IMG/VR virus record: IMGVR_UViG_3300044512_002385
Coordinates: 1-35,695 of that record
Source: a virus
Taxonomy: Duplodnaviria > Caudoviricetes
Direction: 5' to 3' (one strand)
DNA: 35,695 nucleotides
How positions within the stretch are numbered: position 1 is the first letter of the stretch; each line of letters starts with the position of its first letter. The translations under genes and the position numbers were made by a program. This document shows, one piece after another, positions 17,777 to 24,910 of this stretch. The notes beneath the pieces are model-generated. The model searched no databases. It saw only the letters and a list, made by a program, of their open reading frames with translations, and was not told where the DNA came from.

Positions 17777-18144
17777 GCTTTTTGTTTCCGTGACTTAATG
17801 AATAAATCTTTCACATTGAGCAGAGCTGCAAATTCTTCTTCCGTTAAGAGTTCAACGTCTAATAATTTCTGTATTCGATCGGAATCGCTTTTTGAGCGCG
17901 CGTTGTAGAACATTTCTTCAACGAGAAATGAGGGTTTAACGTTAAACAATTTGCACAATGCTGCAATGATTTCTTGGCTGGGGAGTCTGGTAGCGCCGAG
18001 CATTTTTGGCTGTTCCCACTTGGCGATTGCGTTGTGAGAAACTTTTACACCATTTTGTTCGAGCTCTTTAGCCATTTGCCGAAGGCTTAGACCTCGAGCT
18101 TGGCGTAGTTCTTGAATCCGCTGGTGAAACGGCACCCTGCTCAT
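17764..18144 (-). CDS. CI-like XRE-family repressor
   Basis: RIQELRQARGLSLRQMA...VSHNAIAKWE HTH, AGGAG RBS, divergent from cro. Confidence 0.88.
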   Translation of the reverse strand: MSRVPFHQRIQELRQARGLSLRQMAKELEQNGVKVSHNAIAKWEQPKMLGATRLPSQEIIAALCKLFNVKPSFLVEEMFYNARSKSDSDRIQKLLDVELLTEEEFAALLNVKDLFIKSRKQKAWEK

Positions 18145-18175
18145 ACTATTACTCCTGTTTATTTACTCAATCGAC

Positions 18176-18259
18176 TGTAAACCTGTAGTTGACTAATAGC
18201 AATACTAATTTCATTTATTGTAATTGCAAAGGTTCACATGTGTAACCGTTTGGTGTACA
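18176..18259. promoter_or_regulatory. Genetic-switch operators
   Basis: TGTAACCGTTTGGTGTACA (18241-18259), with weaker copies at 18176-18194 and 18219-18238. Confidence 0.65.
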
Positions 18260-18286
18260 TTTGGGTTTTTTTATCAGGCGAGCAAA

Positions 18287-18484
18287 ATGACACCGAGCAG
18301 TTTTTGGCAAGATATCAATGTAAGTGAAATGGCGGCACAGCTCGGCTTGTCACGCCAATCCGTTTATAAGTGGAAGAAAAGCGAGAAGGGCATACCCGCT
18401 GAAAGAGTGATCGAGATATCTTCATTATGGGATATAAAAAAATCTGCAATTCGGCCTGATTTATGGGCCGAAATAGATGATTGA
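18287..18484 (+). CDS. cro: Cro/YdaS-like regulator
   Basis: MAAQLGLSRQSVYKW...IPAERV...IRPDLW. Likely ATG at 18287. Confidence 0.85.
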   Translation: MTPSSFWQDINVSEMAAQLGLSRQSVYKWKKSEKGIPAERVIEISSLWDIKKSAIRPDLWAEIDD

Positions 18485-20384
18485 GGCGAATTTGGAGCCT
18501 GTAGAAAAAGCCCGAGCGCTTTTCGAAGAGGGCTTGACGGTCATTCCGGCACACCCTCAGCAGAAGGTGCCGCTCGTCAATTGGCAAAAATATCAAGACA
18601 AAGAAGTATCTACCGATGAGTTCGAATACTTTGCCAGCAGCGCTCGGTTCGCCGGTTGCAATTGGGCTATCGTCACCGGGAAAGAGCTTGTGGTGGTTGA
18701 TGCTGACAGCGCCGAGGCCGAAGCCTGGGTGAAAGAGCACTTGCCTTACACAAGCAGAACAGTCGCGACAGCCCGCGGTCGTCACTTCTATTATCGAGCC
18801 AATCCTGATTTAGAGATTAACAATTCGACCGACCCAGAAGCAAAGATAGATGTGCGCGGGCGGGGCGGGATCGTCATCGCTGCCGGCAGTATTCATTCGA
18901 CTGGCGCCATCTATGAGGAGACGATCGACCAGGGCGTGGATGGTGATTGGCGAGAGCTGCCGATGCTGTCAGCGATGGATCTTGAAAAGATTAACGTTGA
19001 GAACAAGCCCAAGCCGCTCATCGATGCAAACCAAGGCGGTTGGCACGATGAGATGATCAGGTACGTTGGTGCGCAAGTGCAGCGAGGTTTGACGGACGAG
19101 GATATTTTGCAGACCGCAACGGGCTGGACACAGCCCGGTTACACACATGAGCAAACCTTTGCCGAGTTTAAGGTGGCTATAAAAGGCGCCAGAGATAAAG
19201 GATGGGACCAACCGCAAGAAGTTGCGACAGCGCAAGAGATCGCTGAGATCACTGACGCGCTGGCACCAATGCCTTTGGACATCGGCAACATTGCAGCGCT
19301 GCCACCGCGAGAGTGGGTTTATGGCCGGCACTATATACGCAAATTTTTGAGCGTCACAGTGGCTGCCGGCGGTACGGGCAAGACCGCTCTAACATTGACG
19401 GAAGCGATGGCTATGGCGTCCGGAATACCACTTTTGGGGATAGAAACTCCCAAGAGAAGGGTATGGGTCTGGAATTTGGAAGACCCTTTAGATGAGCTAA
19501 AAAGACGCCTGGCCGGCATTGCAGTGCATCACCGCGTTAAGCCAGAACAGTACGCCGGGAACCTCTTCGTTAATTCAGGTCGCGACAGCAGCGTTGTACT
19601 CGCGGAGAACCGCGGCGGAGAGCCCGTAATTTTGCCAGCCGCGGACATCATCCTCGATTACATCAAGCAGCATAAAATCGATGTCATCATCGTCGATCCG
19701 TTTGTTAGTAGTCACAAGCTGAACGAAAACGACAACGGGGCTATGGACCTGGTGGTAAAAACTTGGGGCCGTATCGCAGAGCAGGGCAACTGCGCCGTCG
19801 AGTTAGTACACCACGTCAGGAAAGCGCAGAACGGTCAGTCAGCTTCATATGGTGACGCCAGGGGCGCATCCTCGCTGACGGACGCCGCTAGGCACGTCAG
19901 ACGATTGATGAGCATGACCTATGAAGAAGCGCGCAACGCGGGCCTCGATGAATCAGAGCGATGGCGGTACAGCAGAGAGGGCGACAGCAAAGACAACCTG
20001 GCACCGCCTAGTCGCGACAGCTCTTGGCGGCAGATGATCAGCGTGCAGCTCGACAATGGCGACAACGTGGGCGTCCCGGAGAGCTGGCAATGGCCTGATC
20101 CATTCGATGAGATCACCGTGGCGGACTTGCATGCTGTGCAGGCGGAGATTAGGAACGGCGAATGGCGGGAGGACGTGCGCTCAAAAAATTGGGCGGGAAT
20201 CGCGATAGCCGACGTGCTCGGGCTCGATTCGGGCCTTGCTGAGAATAAGAGTAAAATAAAACAATTGCTTGCGGTGTGGATTCAGAACCGCGAGCTCAAG
20301 GTCGTTGAGCGGGCCGACAATAGCAGACATATGCGCAAGTATATTGAAGTCGGAGACGCTGTTACATGGCAAGTACCTATCTGA
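18477..20384 (+). CDS. Primase-polymerase fused to RepA/AAA_25-type helicase
   Basis: Prim-Pol motifs NWAIVTG, VVVDAD, GRHFYY and IDVRG. Helicase motifs AGGTGKT, IIVDP, VHHVRK and ARGASS. Confidence 0.9.
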   Translation: MIEANLEPVEKARALFEEGLTVIPAHPQQKVPLVNWQKYQDKEVSTDEFEYFASSARFAGCNWAIVTGKELVVVDADSAEAEAWVKEHLPYTSRTVATARGRHFYYRANPDLEINNSTDPEAKIDVRGRGGIVIAAGSIHSTGAIYEETIDQGVDGDWRELPMLSAMDLEKINVENKPKPLIDANQGGWHDEMIRYVGAQVQRGLTDEDILQTATGWTQPGYTHEQTFAEFKVAIKGARDKGWDQPQEVATAQEIAEITDALAPMPLDIGNIAALPPREWVYGRHYIRKFLSVTVAAGGTGKTALTLTEAMAMASGIPLLGIETPKRRVWVWNLEDPLDELKRRLAGIAVHHRVKPEQYAGNLFVNSGRDSSVVLAENRGGEPVILPAADIILDYIKQHKIDVIIVDPFVSSHKLNENDNGAMDLVVKTWGRIAEQGNCAVELVHHVRKAQNGQSASYGDARGASSLTDAARHVRRLMSMTYEEARNAGLDESERWRYSREGDSKDNLAPPSRDSSWRQMISVQLDNGDNVGVPESWQWPDPFDEITVADLHAVQAEIRNGEWREDVRSKNWAGIAIADVLGLDSGLAENKSKIKQLLAVWIQNRELKVVERADNSRHMRKYIEVGDAVTWQVPI

Positions 20385-20845
20385 TCTGTCGGATTTGCGA
20401 GACAGAGAAACAAAAAAGCGATTTTTACCCCAGCGAGCAGGGCGTTAAGCGACGATGCAAGGATTGTCTGAGGATCAGCCGGCAAAAGACCGGCAACAAC
20501 GACTATAAAAAATACCTCAAGCGCGCCGAGCAACAACTCCGCAGTCATCGGGTAAAGCAGGGGTACGAATGGACCCTCACCAGCCAGGATCTCGTTGAGA
20601 TTTGGAACAGGCAGCAGGGAAAGTGCGCTGTGAGCGGGCTTAACCTGACACACCATCGCGGCGCTCACGGCAAGAAAATGCCCCTCAATGCGAGCATCGA
20701 TCGCATCAATAACTCAGAACATTACATCCCAGGCAACGTTCAATTGGTCTGTTATCAGGTCAATGTGATGCGCCACACCCTCGACGTGGGAGAATTTGAG
20801 TGGTGGATTCGGACGATTTATGAGCACCAAACACGCGACCTATAA
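20366..20845 (+). CDS. HNH-type (His-Me finger) endonuclease with zinc ribbon
   Basis: CRIC...CKDC and QQGKCAVSG...SIDRIN...Y..GNVQLVC..VN. Confidence 0.75.
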   Translation: MASTYLICRICETEKQKSDFYPSEQGVKRRCKDCLRISRQKTGNNDYKKYLKRAEQQLRSHRVKQGYEWTLTSQDLVEIWNRQQGKCAVSGLNLTHHRGAHGKKMPLNASIDRINNSEHYIPGNVQLVCYQVNVMRHTLDVGEFEWWIRTIYEHQTRDL

Positions 20846-20852
20846 AACCCAC

Positions 20853-21069
20853 TGCGACAGTTGCGACAGTTGTGCGACAGTTGGCCAAAATAACTGTCGC
20901 AGTCAATAAAACCGGGGCTTTGCGGGGAGTTTGCGACAGTTGCGACAGTTTGTTTTCTGCGACAGTTCATTTGCTAACGATTAAATATAACGAAATCAAT
21001 GACTTAGACAATCTGCGACAGTGCGACAGTTGCTCTTATATATAGATATATAACTGGCGCACTGTCGCG
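20853..21069. repeat. Putative replication origin: TGCGACAGT iterons, IHF consensus and AT-rich segment
   Basis: Direct copies at 20853, 20862, 20873, 20932, 20941, 20958, 21014 and 21022. Inverted copies at 20893 and 21061. AATCAATGACTTA at 20994. TTATATATAGATATATAA at about 21036. Confidence 0.75.
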
Positions 21070-21133
21070 CCAGATTTATCTACATATATTCTGCGCGGCT
21101 GAACAGCCGCCGCATTGATGCTGTTGCAGGAAG

Positions 21134-21162
21134 TAGCGCATCAAGTTTTGCTGTCGCAATAT
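21134..21162 (+). promoter_or_regulatory. Putative late promoter 1
   Basis: TAGCGCATCAA-N12-CAATAT. Confidence 0.6.
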
Positions 21163-21168
21163 TTGCTG

Positions 21169-21360
21169 ATGGCTACTTTGCATCTACAACTCGATGACTT
21201 CGAACCCGGCATGACAATTCGGGTCTCGCTCGACAATGAGGAGTACGTGATCGAGCTGGACGATGGCGAGCCCGATGAAGCGCCAGAGGAAGTTGAAAAA
21301 CCTAAAGTCGCGACAGCAGACGCGCAGCGGTTTGCGTTCGGGGGTCGGCGTGGCGGCTAG
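21169..21360 (+). CDS. Small acidic hypothetical protein
   Basis: MATLHLQLDDFEPG... ATG is 6 nt after the -10 element with no SD, so possibly leaderless. Confidence 0.6.
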   Translation: MATLHLQLDDFEPGMTIRVSLDNEEYVIELDDGEPDEAPEEVEKPKVATADAQRFAFGGRRGG

Positions 21361-21694
21361 TAAGTTAGAAGAATCGATGTCGCGACAGCTCGATGATGCC
21401 GGGATCATTTATGAGCGCGAGCAGATGTTGATACCGGGTCGTCGGTTCAGGTTTGATTTCGTTCTGCCGCAGAGCTGCTTGATCGTGGAGTGCGAGGGCG
21501 GAACTTGGAGCGGTGGTCGGCATACCAGCGGAATCGGCTTCAGGAACGATTGTGTGAAGTACAACCTGGCTGTGGAGCATGGGTATGTCGTACTTCGATA
21601 TACGAGCGACCTCATCAAGAATGGATCGGCTATCGAGTCGATACGACGGGTGCATGAACGATATGCCGTTCAGACGCCCGTAGAAGCTCTCTGA
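21350..21694 (+). CDS. Vsr/DUF559-like restriction-fold endonuclease
   Basis: RRFRFDF...IVECEGGTW.GGRH...NDCVKYN.A...GY.VLRYT. Probable GTG start at 21350. Confidence 0.75.
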   Translation: MAASKLEESMSRQLDDAGIIYEREQMLIPGRRFRFDFVLPQSCLIVECEGGTWSGGRHTSGIGFRNDCVKYNLAVEHGYVVLRYTSDLIKNGSAIESIRRVHERYAVQTPVEAL

Positions 21695-21772
21695 GGCACG
21701 ATCGTGACCTCGGCCAAGTCAGGGCAAAGGGGTGCGAAACCGGCGGATAGATCGGTAAAAAAGACGTTTCAC

Positions 21773-21898
21773 ATGGAACAAAATAGTTCACACAAAATAC
21801 ACCGAATAAACTTTACAGACGACTTCGAAGACTTCGATTATCTGAACGATGTCCGAGAGGTCTTGCGCGACTTAGGAGTGAGCGAATATGGCGGGTAG
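21773..21898 (+). CDS. Small hypothetical protein
   Basis: Acidic 41-aa ORF overlapping the terS start. Start uncertain. Confidence 0.35.
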   Translation: MEQNSSHKIHRINFTDDFEDFDYLNDVREVLRDLGVSEYGG

Positions 21899-22301
21899 AC
21901 CCATTGACCAGATGAACATGAAAAAGCTGAATGACATCGGTGAGAACAACCTGTTCGATCGATTGGCTGCTGGCCAAACGATGACCGGCCTGGTCAAAGA
22001 GTTAGGTATCGGCAAACGATTGTTCTACAAGTGGATGAGATCGGTAGAGGGCAGGGAGGATCGTTACTATGCAGCTCGCAAAGAGTGGGCGAACTACTTA
22101 GCCGAAGAAACCTTATCGATTGCAGATAACATAGCTGATGCCAGTGATGCACAGGTGGCTAAGGTAAGAATCGATACGCGCAAGTGGTTGGCAGCGCAAG
22201 CAAATCCAGATAACTGGGCCGCACGCAAGGATCCGCTGGTACAGATCAACATCCATGATCAACACTTAAAAGCACTTCGAGATATTGTCAGCGAGCAGTA
22301 G
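21888..22301 (+). CDS. terS: Terminase small subunit (Sf6 gp1-like)
   Basis: N-terminal HTH and LAEETLSIAD...AKVRIDTRKWLAA..NP. AGGAG RBS. Confidence 0.8.
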   Translation: MAGRPIDQMNMKKLNDIGENNLFDRLAAGQTMTGLVKELGIGKRLFYKWMRSVEGREDRYYAARKEWANYLAEETLSIADNIADASDAQVAKVRIDTRKWLAAQANPDNWAARKDPLVQINIHDQHLKALRDIVSEQ

Positions 22302-22447
22302 ACACGCGCAGAGACGCACTGCGGGCGGCCGGTCTGGCGCGCGCGGGACGCAAAACCAAGCAAAATCAGGCGCAAATGCACGCTAATATTAGTCTAGGAT
22401 GCGTAACAGCCGTGTACGAGTGTTACAAGCAATACCTAATGCTATAT

Positions 22448-22461
22448 AAATCAATGACTTA
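22448..22461 (+). promoter_or_regulatory. IHF consensus site
   Basis: AAATCAATGACTTA fits WATCAANNNNTTR and is identical to 20993-21006. Confidence 0.6.
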
Positions 22462-22621
22462 CGTTTGCTAGGTGGTCAGGGATGGTGCGCGAGATTCCAG
22501 GGAAGCGCAGCCACGGCGCCAGGCTTTTTCGGAGCTGCGGAACCCCCCCCTTCGAGCCTGGCTGGGGTGGGGGATAGGGGTTAGACCCGCATGCACCAAA
22601 TTTTTTTTTGAAATTTTAGGC

Positions 22622-22648
22622 AAAAAAAGGCCCGGCTGGCGCCGGGCC
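22622..22648 (-). terminator. Rho-independent terminator of the basic-protein operon
   Basis: Perfect 8-bp stem GGCCCGGC/GCCGGGCC with a 4-nt loop and T7 on the minus strand, just after the stop at 22681. Confidence 0.8.
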
Positions 22649-22680
22649 CGGAAGGCCGCAGTAAGGGGTTGAGGGGCGGC

Positions 22681-22824
22681 CTACTTCTTCTTAGCGGTTT
22701 TCTTTGCCTGTCGGAACGCCCTCGCAGTTGGGGCGCCGGGTGTGCCAGGCTTACGCATCGATTCGTTTGATCCTTTCGCAATGCGCTTTCGCTTTGCGTG
22801 AATATTCTTGTACAGACCAGCCAT
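22681..22824 (-). CDS. Small highly basic protein (47 aa)
   Basis: Not in the ORF track. MAGLYKNIHAKRKRIAKGSNESMRKPGTPGAPTARAFRQAKKTAKKK, AGGAG RBS, TGATG overlap. Confidence 0.8.
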   Translation of the reverse strand: MAGLYKNIHAKRKRIAKGSNESMRKPGTPGAPTARAFRQAKKTAKKK

Positions 22825-23078
22825 CAGGCTCTCCTTGATTTAGTGCCGCTGCACTTCCACCGCCTACGGCTCAGCCGCAGTGGTGAGTTAGGGTTCTTTG
22901 CGGCTTTTGGCGATCGTTTCATCTGACCAGCGCTCCGCGCGCAATAGGCGTCGCCTTTCTTGGTGCCGGCCCGCACCCGCGGTCCGCCATCGCTAGCGCG
23001 CCCTGCTTGGCCATAGCTCACCTTCTTGCCAGAGCTCGTCACTTTGACTTTGGCTTTGCCTTTTCTCGGGCTCGGCAT
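22824..23078 (-). CDS. Small highly basic protein (84 aa), DUF6321-like
   Basis: KVSYGQAG...YCARS.GQ...PNSPLRLSRRRWKC. Confidence 0.8.
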   Translation of the reverse strand: MPSPRKGKAKVKVTSSGKKVSYGQAGRASDGGPRVRAGTKKGDAYCARSAGQMKRSPKAAKNPNSPLRLSRRRWKCSGTKSRRA

Positions 23079-23197
23079 TATCGAGGTGGGTACACTGGTT
23101 TACTACGAGTAACCCTAATACCGCCAACCATAGCAGCGTTCCGATTTTTTGAATTTTTGTTTTTGGTTTTGAGTTTGTATCCACCGTGTTTTTTCAT
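23078..23197 (-). CDS. Small highly basic protein (39 aa)
   Basis: Not in the ORF track. MKKHGGYKLKTKNKNSKNRNAAMVGGIRVTRSKPVYPPR, AGGAG RBS, TAATG overlap. Confidence 0.7.
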   Translation of the reverse strand: MKKHGGYKLKTKNKNSKNRNAAMVGGIRVTRSKPVYPPR

Positions 23198-23219
23198 CTT
23201 TTATCTCCTAAAAAAATCG

Positions 23220-23248
23220 ATCCTACCAAAATTTTTTTTGATGCATAA
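23220..23248 (-). promoter_or_regulatory. Putative late promoter 2 (leftward)
   Basis: Minus strand TTATGCATCAA-N12-TAGGAT. Confidence 0.6.
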
Positions 23249-23257
23249 CGCATTATT

Positions 23258-23298
23258 TGTAACCAAAAGGTTGACAAGTGTTACAAAATCATTAATAT
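23258..23298 (+). promoter_or_regulatory. Sigma70-type promoter with overlapping operator
   Basis: TTGACA (23271)-N16-TAATAT. The -35 lies within TGTAACCAAAAGGTTGACA. Confidence 0.7.
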
Positions 23299-23346
23299 TA
23301 ACAGTGTTACAGAGTTACACGAAAAAACCCATAAAGGAGCAGTACA

Positions 23347-23625
23347 ATGAACGAAGCTGAATTAATCAAAGTAATCGAATCAATTGTTAAAGTTGAAGCT
23401 AGACCAGTAAAAAATGGCTTTCAAATTGTAGCAATCGACAGTGATGGCAATGAGCACATTGTCAAGAAAGGCGGCGCTTTAAGAACAGATGCACATTTTT
23501 ATAATTGTCGTGCAAACGGCAACGGTTATGAAGGTATTAGCCCTTATGTTCAATGCGCTAAAAAGCCCGACACCACCGACCCCAGGTTTTATATTAAGTC
23601 ACTAGCAATAGAGGTGGCCGCGTAA
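23347..23625 (+). CDS. Hypothetical protein
   Basis: AAGGAG RBS, 92 aa, ends EVAA. Confidence 0.75.
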   Translation: MNEAELIKVIESIVKVEARPVKNGFQIVAIDSDGNEHIVKKGGALRTDAHFYNCRANGNGYEGISPYVQCAKKPDTTDPRFYIKSLAIEVAA

Positions 23626-23898
23626 GCGGCCAGGAGGAGCGAGACGATGAATTTAGAAGCAGGCAAGTCAATTTTGGTCAGCCAGCCCGAGTCACACTTT
23701 GTTGTTGCTGGTGATGAAGCGGCACTTATCACGCACGTTACGGAGGGGCACTCGTTCGAGGCGCTGCCCAACCATTCGCTTTGCTATATCGAGTGGGTTA
23801 ATCGACCGCTGCGCCACCAGATGAATGGGTCTTTCCGGCCCTTCGCGCAAGTGTGGGTTCCTAACGACATTCAAACTATTGAAGCCGCGTAAGCGGCT
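23615..23898 (+). repeat. Two copies of the hairpin GCCGC-GTAA-GCGGC, each followed by AGGAGCGAG
   Basis: Copies at 23615-23632 and 23883-23898. Each loop carries the stop codon. Confidence 0.85.
23647..23892 (+). CDS. Hypothetical protein
   Basis: AGGAGG RBS, 81 aa, ends IEAA. Confidence 0.75.
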   Translation: MNLEAGKSILVSQPESHFVVAGDEAALITHVTEGHSFEALPNHSLCYIEWVNRPLRHQMNGSFRPFAQVWVPNDIQTIEAA

Positions 23899-23909
23899 AA
23901 GGAGCGAGC

Positions 23910-24260
23910 ATGATTCACCAAACCTTTGAGCAACACATCAATCGCGCACTTGAGTTTTTTGCTGATTACGGTTTTGAGAGCGGGCAGAACAACTTGGCCC
24001 TTTCTCAGCCTCCATGCTGCCAATCGTGTGGCTGGGCTGAAGTTGCAACAAATGAGCTTGAATGCGGCGAAGCCTTCGACAATATTGTTTTTTACCACGA
24101 TCAAGACGCTGTTGATCTGCCATCTGATGAGGTATTCATAGCCTGGAGCGGCCACGGCAACAGCATCAAATCCTACTTTGAGAAATGCGATTTCAACGTT
24201 GAATGGAATGGCGATGACTCGCAGCGAATGAAGATTACCAGCAAAGGGGCGGCAGCATGA
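23910..24260 (+). CDS. Hypothetical protein, DUF6891-like
   Basis: CCQSCG...VFYHDQD...VEWNGD..QRM pattern. Confidence 0.65.
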   Translation: MIHQTFEQHINRALEFFADYGFESGQNNLALSQPPCCQSCGWAEVATNELECGEAFDNIVFYHDQDAVDLPSDEVFIAWSGHGNSIKSYFEKCDFNVEWNGDDSQRMKITSKGAAA

Positions 24261-24910
24261 TCTACGGATACACCAGAGTCTCGACAGAAGAGCAGGCCGA
24301 TGGCACTAGCCTTGGTACGCAAGCAGAAATCATTGCCGGCAAATACGAGGTCGATGAGTGGTTAGAAGATGCCGGCGTGAGCGGCACAACTTACTTCTTC
24401 GATCGTCCTAGTATGCATGGTGTGCAACTGGAGCCGGGCGACCAGATCGTTTGCTACGATCCGAGCCGATTCAGCCGCGATCATTTCCACGGCGAGCGAG
24501 CACTGCATCAGCTCACTAAACTCGACGTACAGGTCACGACTGTTCAGCTAGGTGATATGAATAAGACCAACGCTTGCCAGCGAGGCGCCAGCCGAGTGAT
24601 GAGCGTGGTTGCTGACATCTACCGCGAAGAAATGCTAGAGAAGTGCAACATTGGCCGCAAGGCCAAAAAAGAACGCGGCGGCCATATCGGCGGATCGGCC
24701 CCTTGGGGCTACTGCGTCATCGGCGAGGGTCGCGAAGCCCGCCTTGAGCAACTGCCGGTCCGCGCTCGGGCTGTCGCGACTATGGTGGCTATGAAGCACC
24801 AAGGTAAAAGCCTGCGCGCGATAGCGCATCAAGTTCAGTCGCTCTATGATCTGCCAACATCTCACATGGCAGTGAAGCGAGCACTCGATGGCAGAGGAAA
24901 ACCCCTATAA
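24257..24910 (+). CDS. Serine recombinase (resolvase/invertase type)
   Basis: YGYTRVST..Q, EDAGVSG, DRP, SRFSRD and GGSAPWGY, with a C-terminal HTH (GKSLRAIA). Confidence 0.9.
   Translation: MIYGYTRVSTEEQADGTSLGTQAEIIAGKYEVDEWLEDAGVSGTTYFFDRPSMHGVQLEPGDQIVCYDPSRFSRDHFHGERALHQLTKLDVQVTTVQLGDMNKTNACQRGASRVMSVVADIYREEMLEKCNIGRKAKKERGGHIGGSAPWGYCVIGEGREARLEQLPVRARAVATMVAMKHQGKSLRAIAHQVQSLYDLPTSHMAVKRALDGRGKPL
24822..24850 (+). promoter_or_regulatory. Putative late promoter 3, inside the recombinase gene and upstream of terL
   Basis: TAGCGCATCAA-N12-TATGAT. Confidence 0.6.

Noticed and set aside
20853-21069. CRISPR array (also prompted by the Cas4-like gene)
   Set aside because: Repeats are 9 bp, irregularly spaced and in both orientations, with no spacers and no cas1/cas2.
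22564-22580. G-quadruplex
   Set aside because: Only three clear G-tracts. Pairing with the upstream C8 run is an equally good explanation.
22654-22681. GGCCGC...GCGGCC as a third cassette hairpin
   Set aside because: The loop is 16 nt rather than GTAA and there is no following RBS-ATG. Too degenerate to count.
23007-23360. 117-aa plus-strand ORF and similar short shadow ORFs in the track
   Set aside because: It is antisense to well-supported coupled genes, runs across promoter DNA, and lacks an RBS.
24257-24910. IS607 or Tn3-type transposon
   Set aside because: No N-terminal MerR-type HTH, no tnpB or transposase, and no terminal inverted repeats seen.
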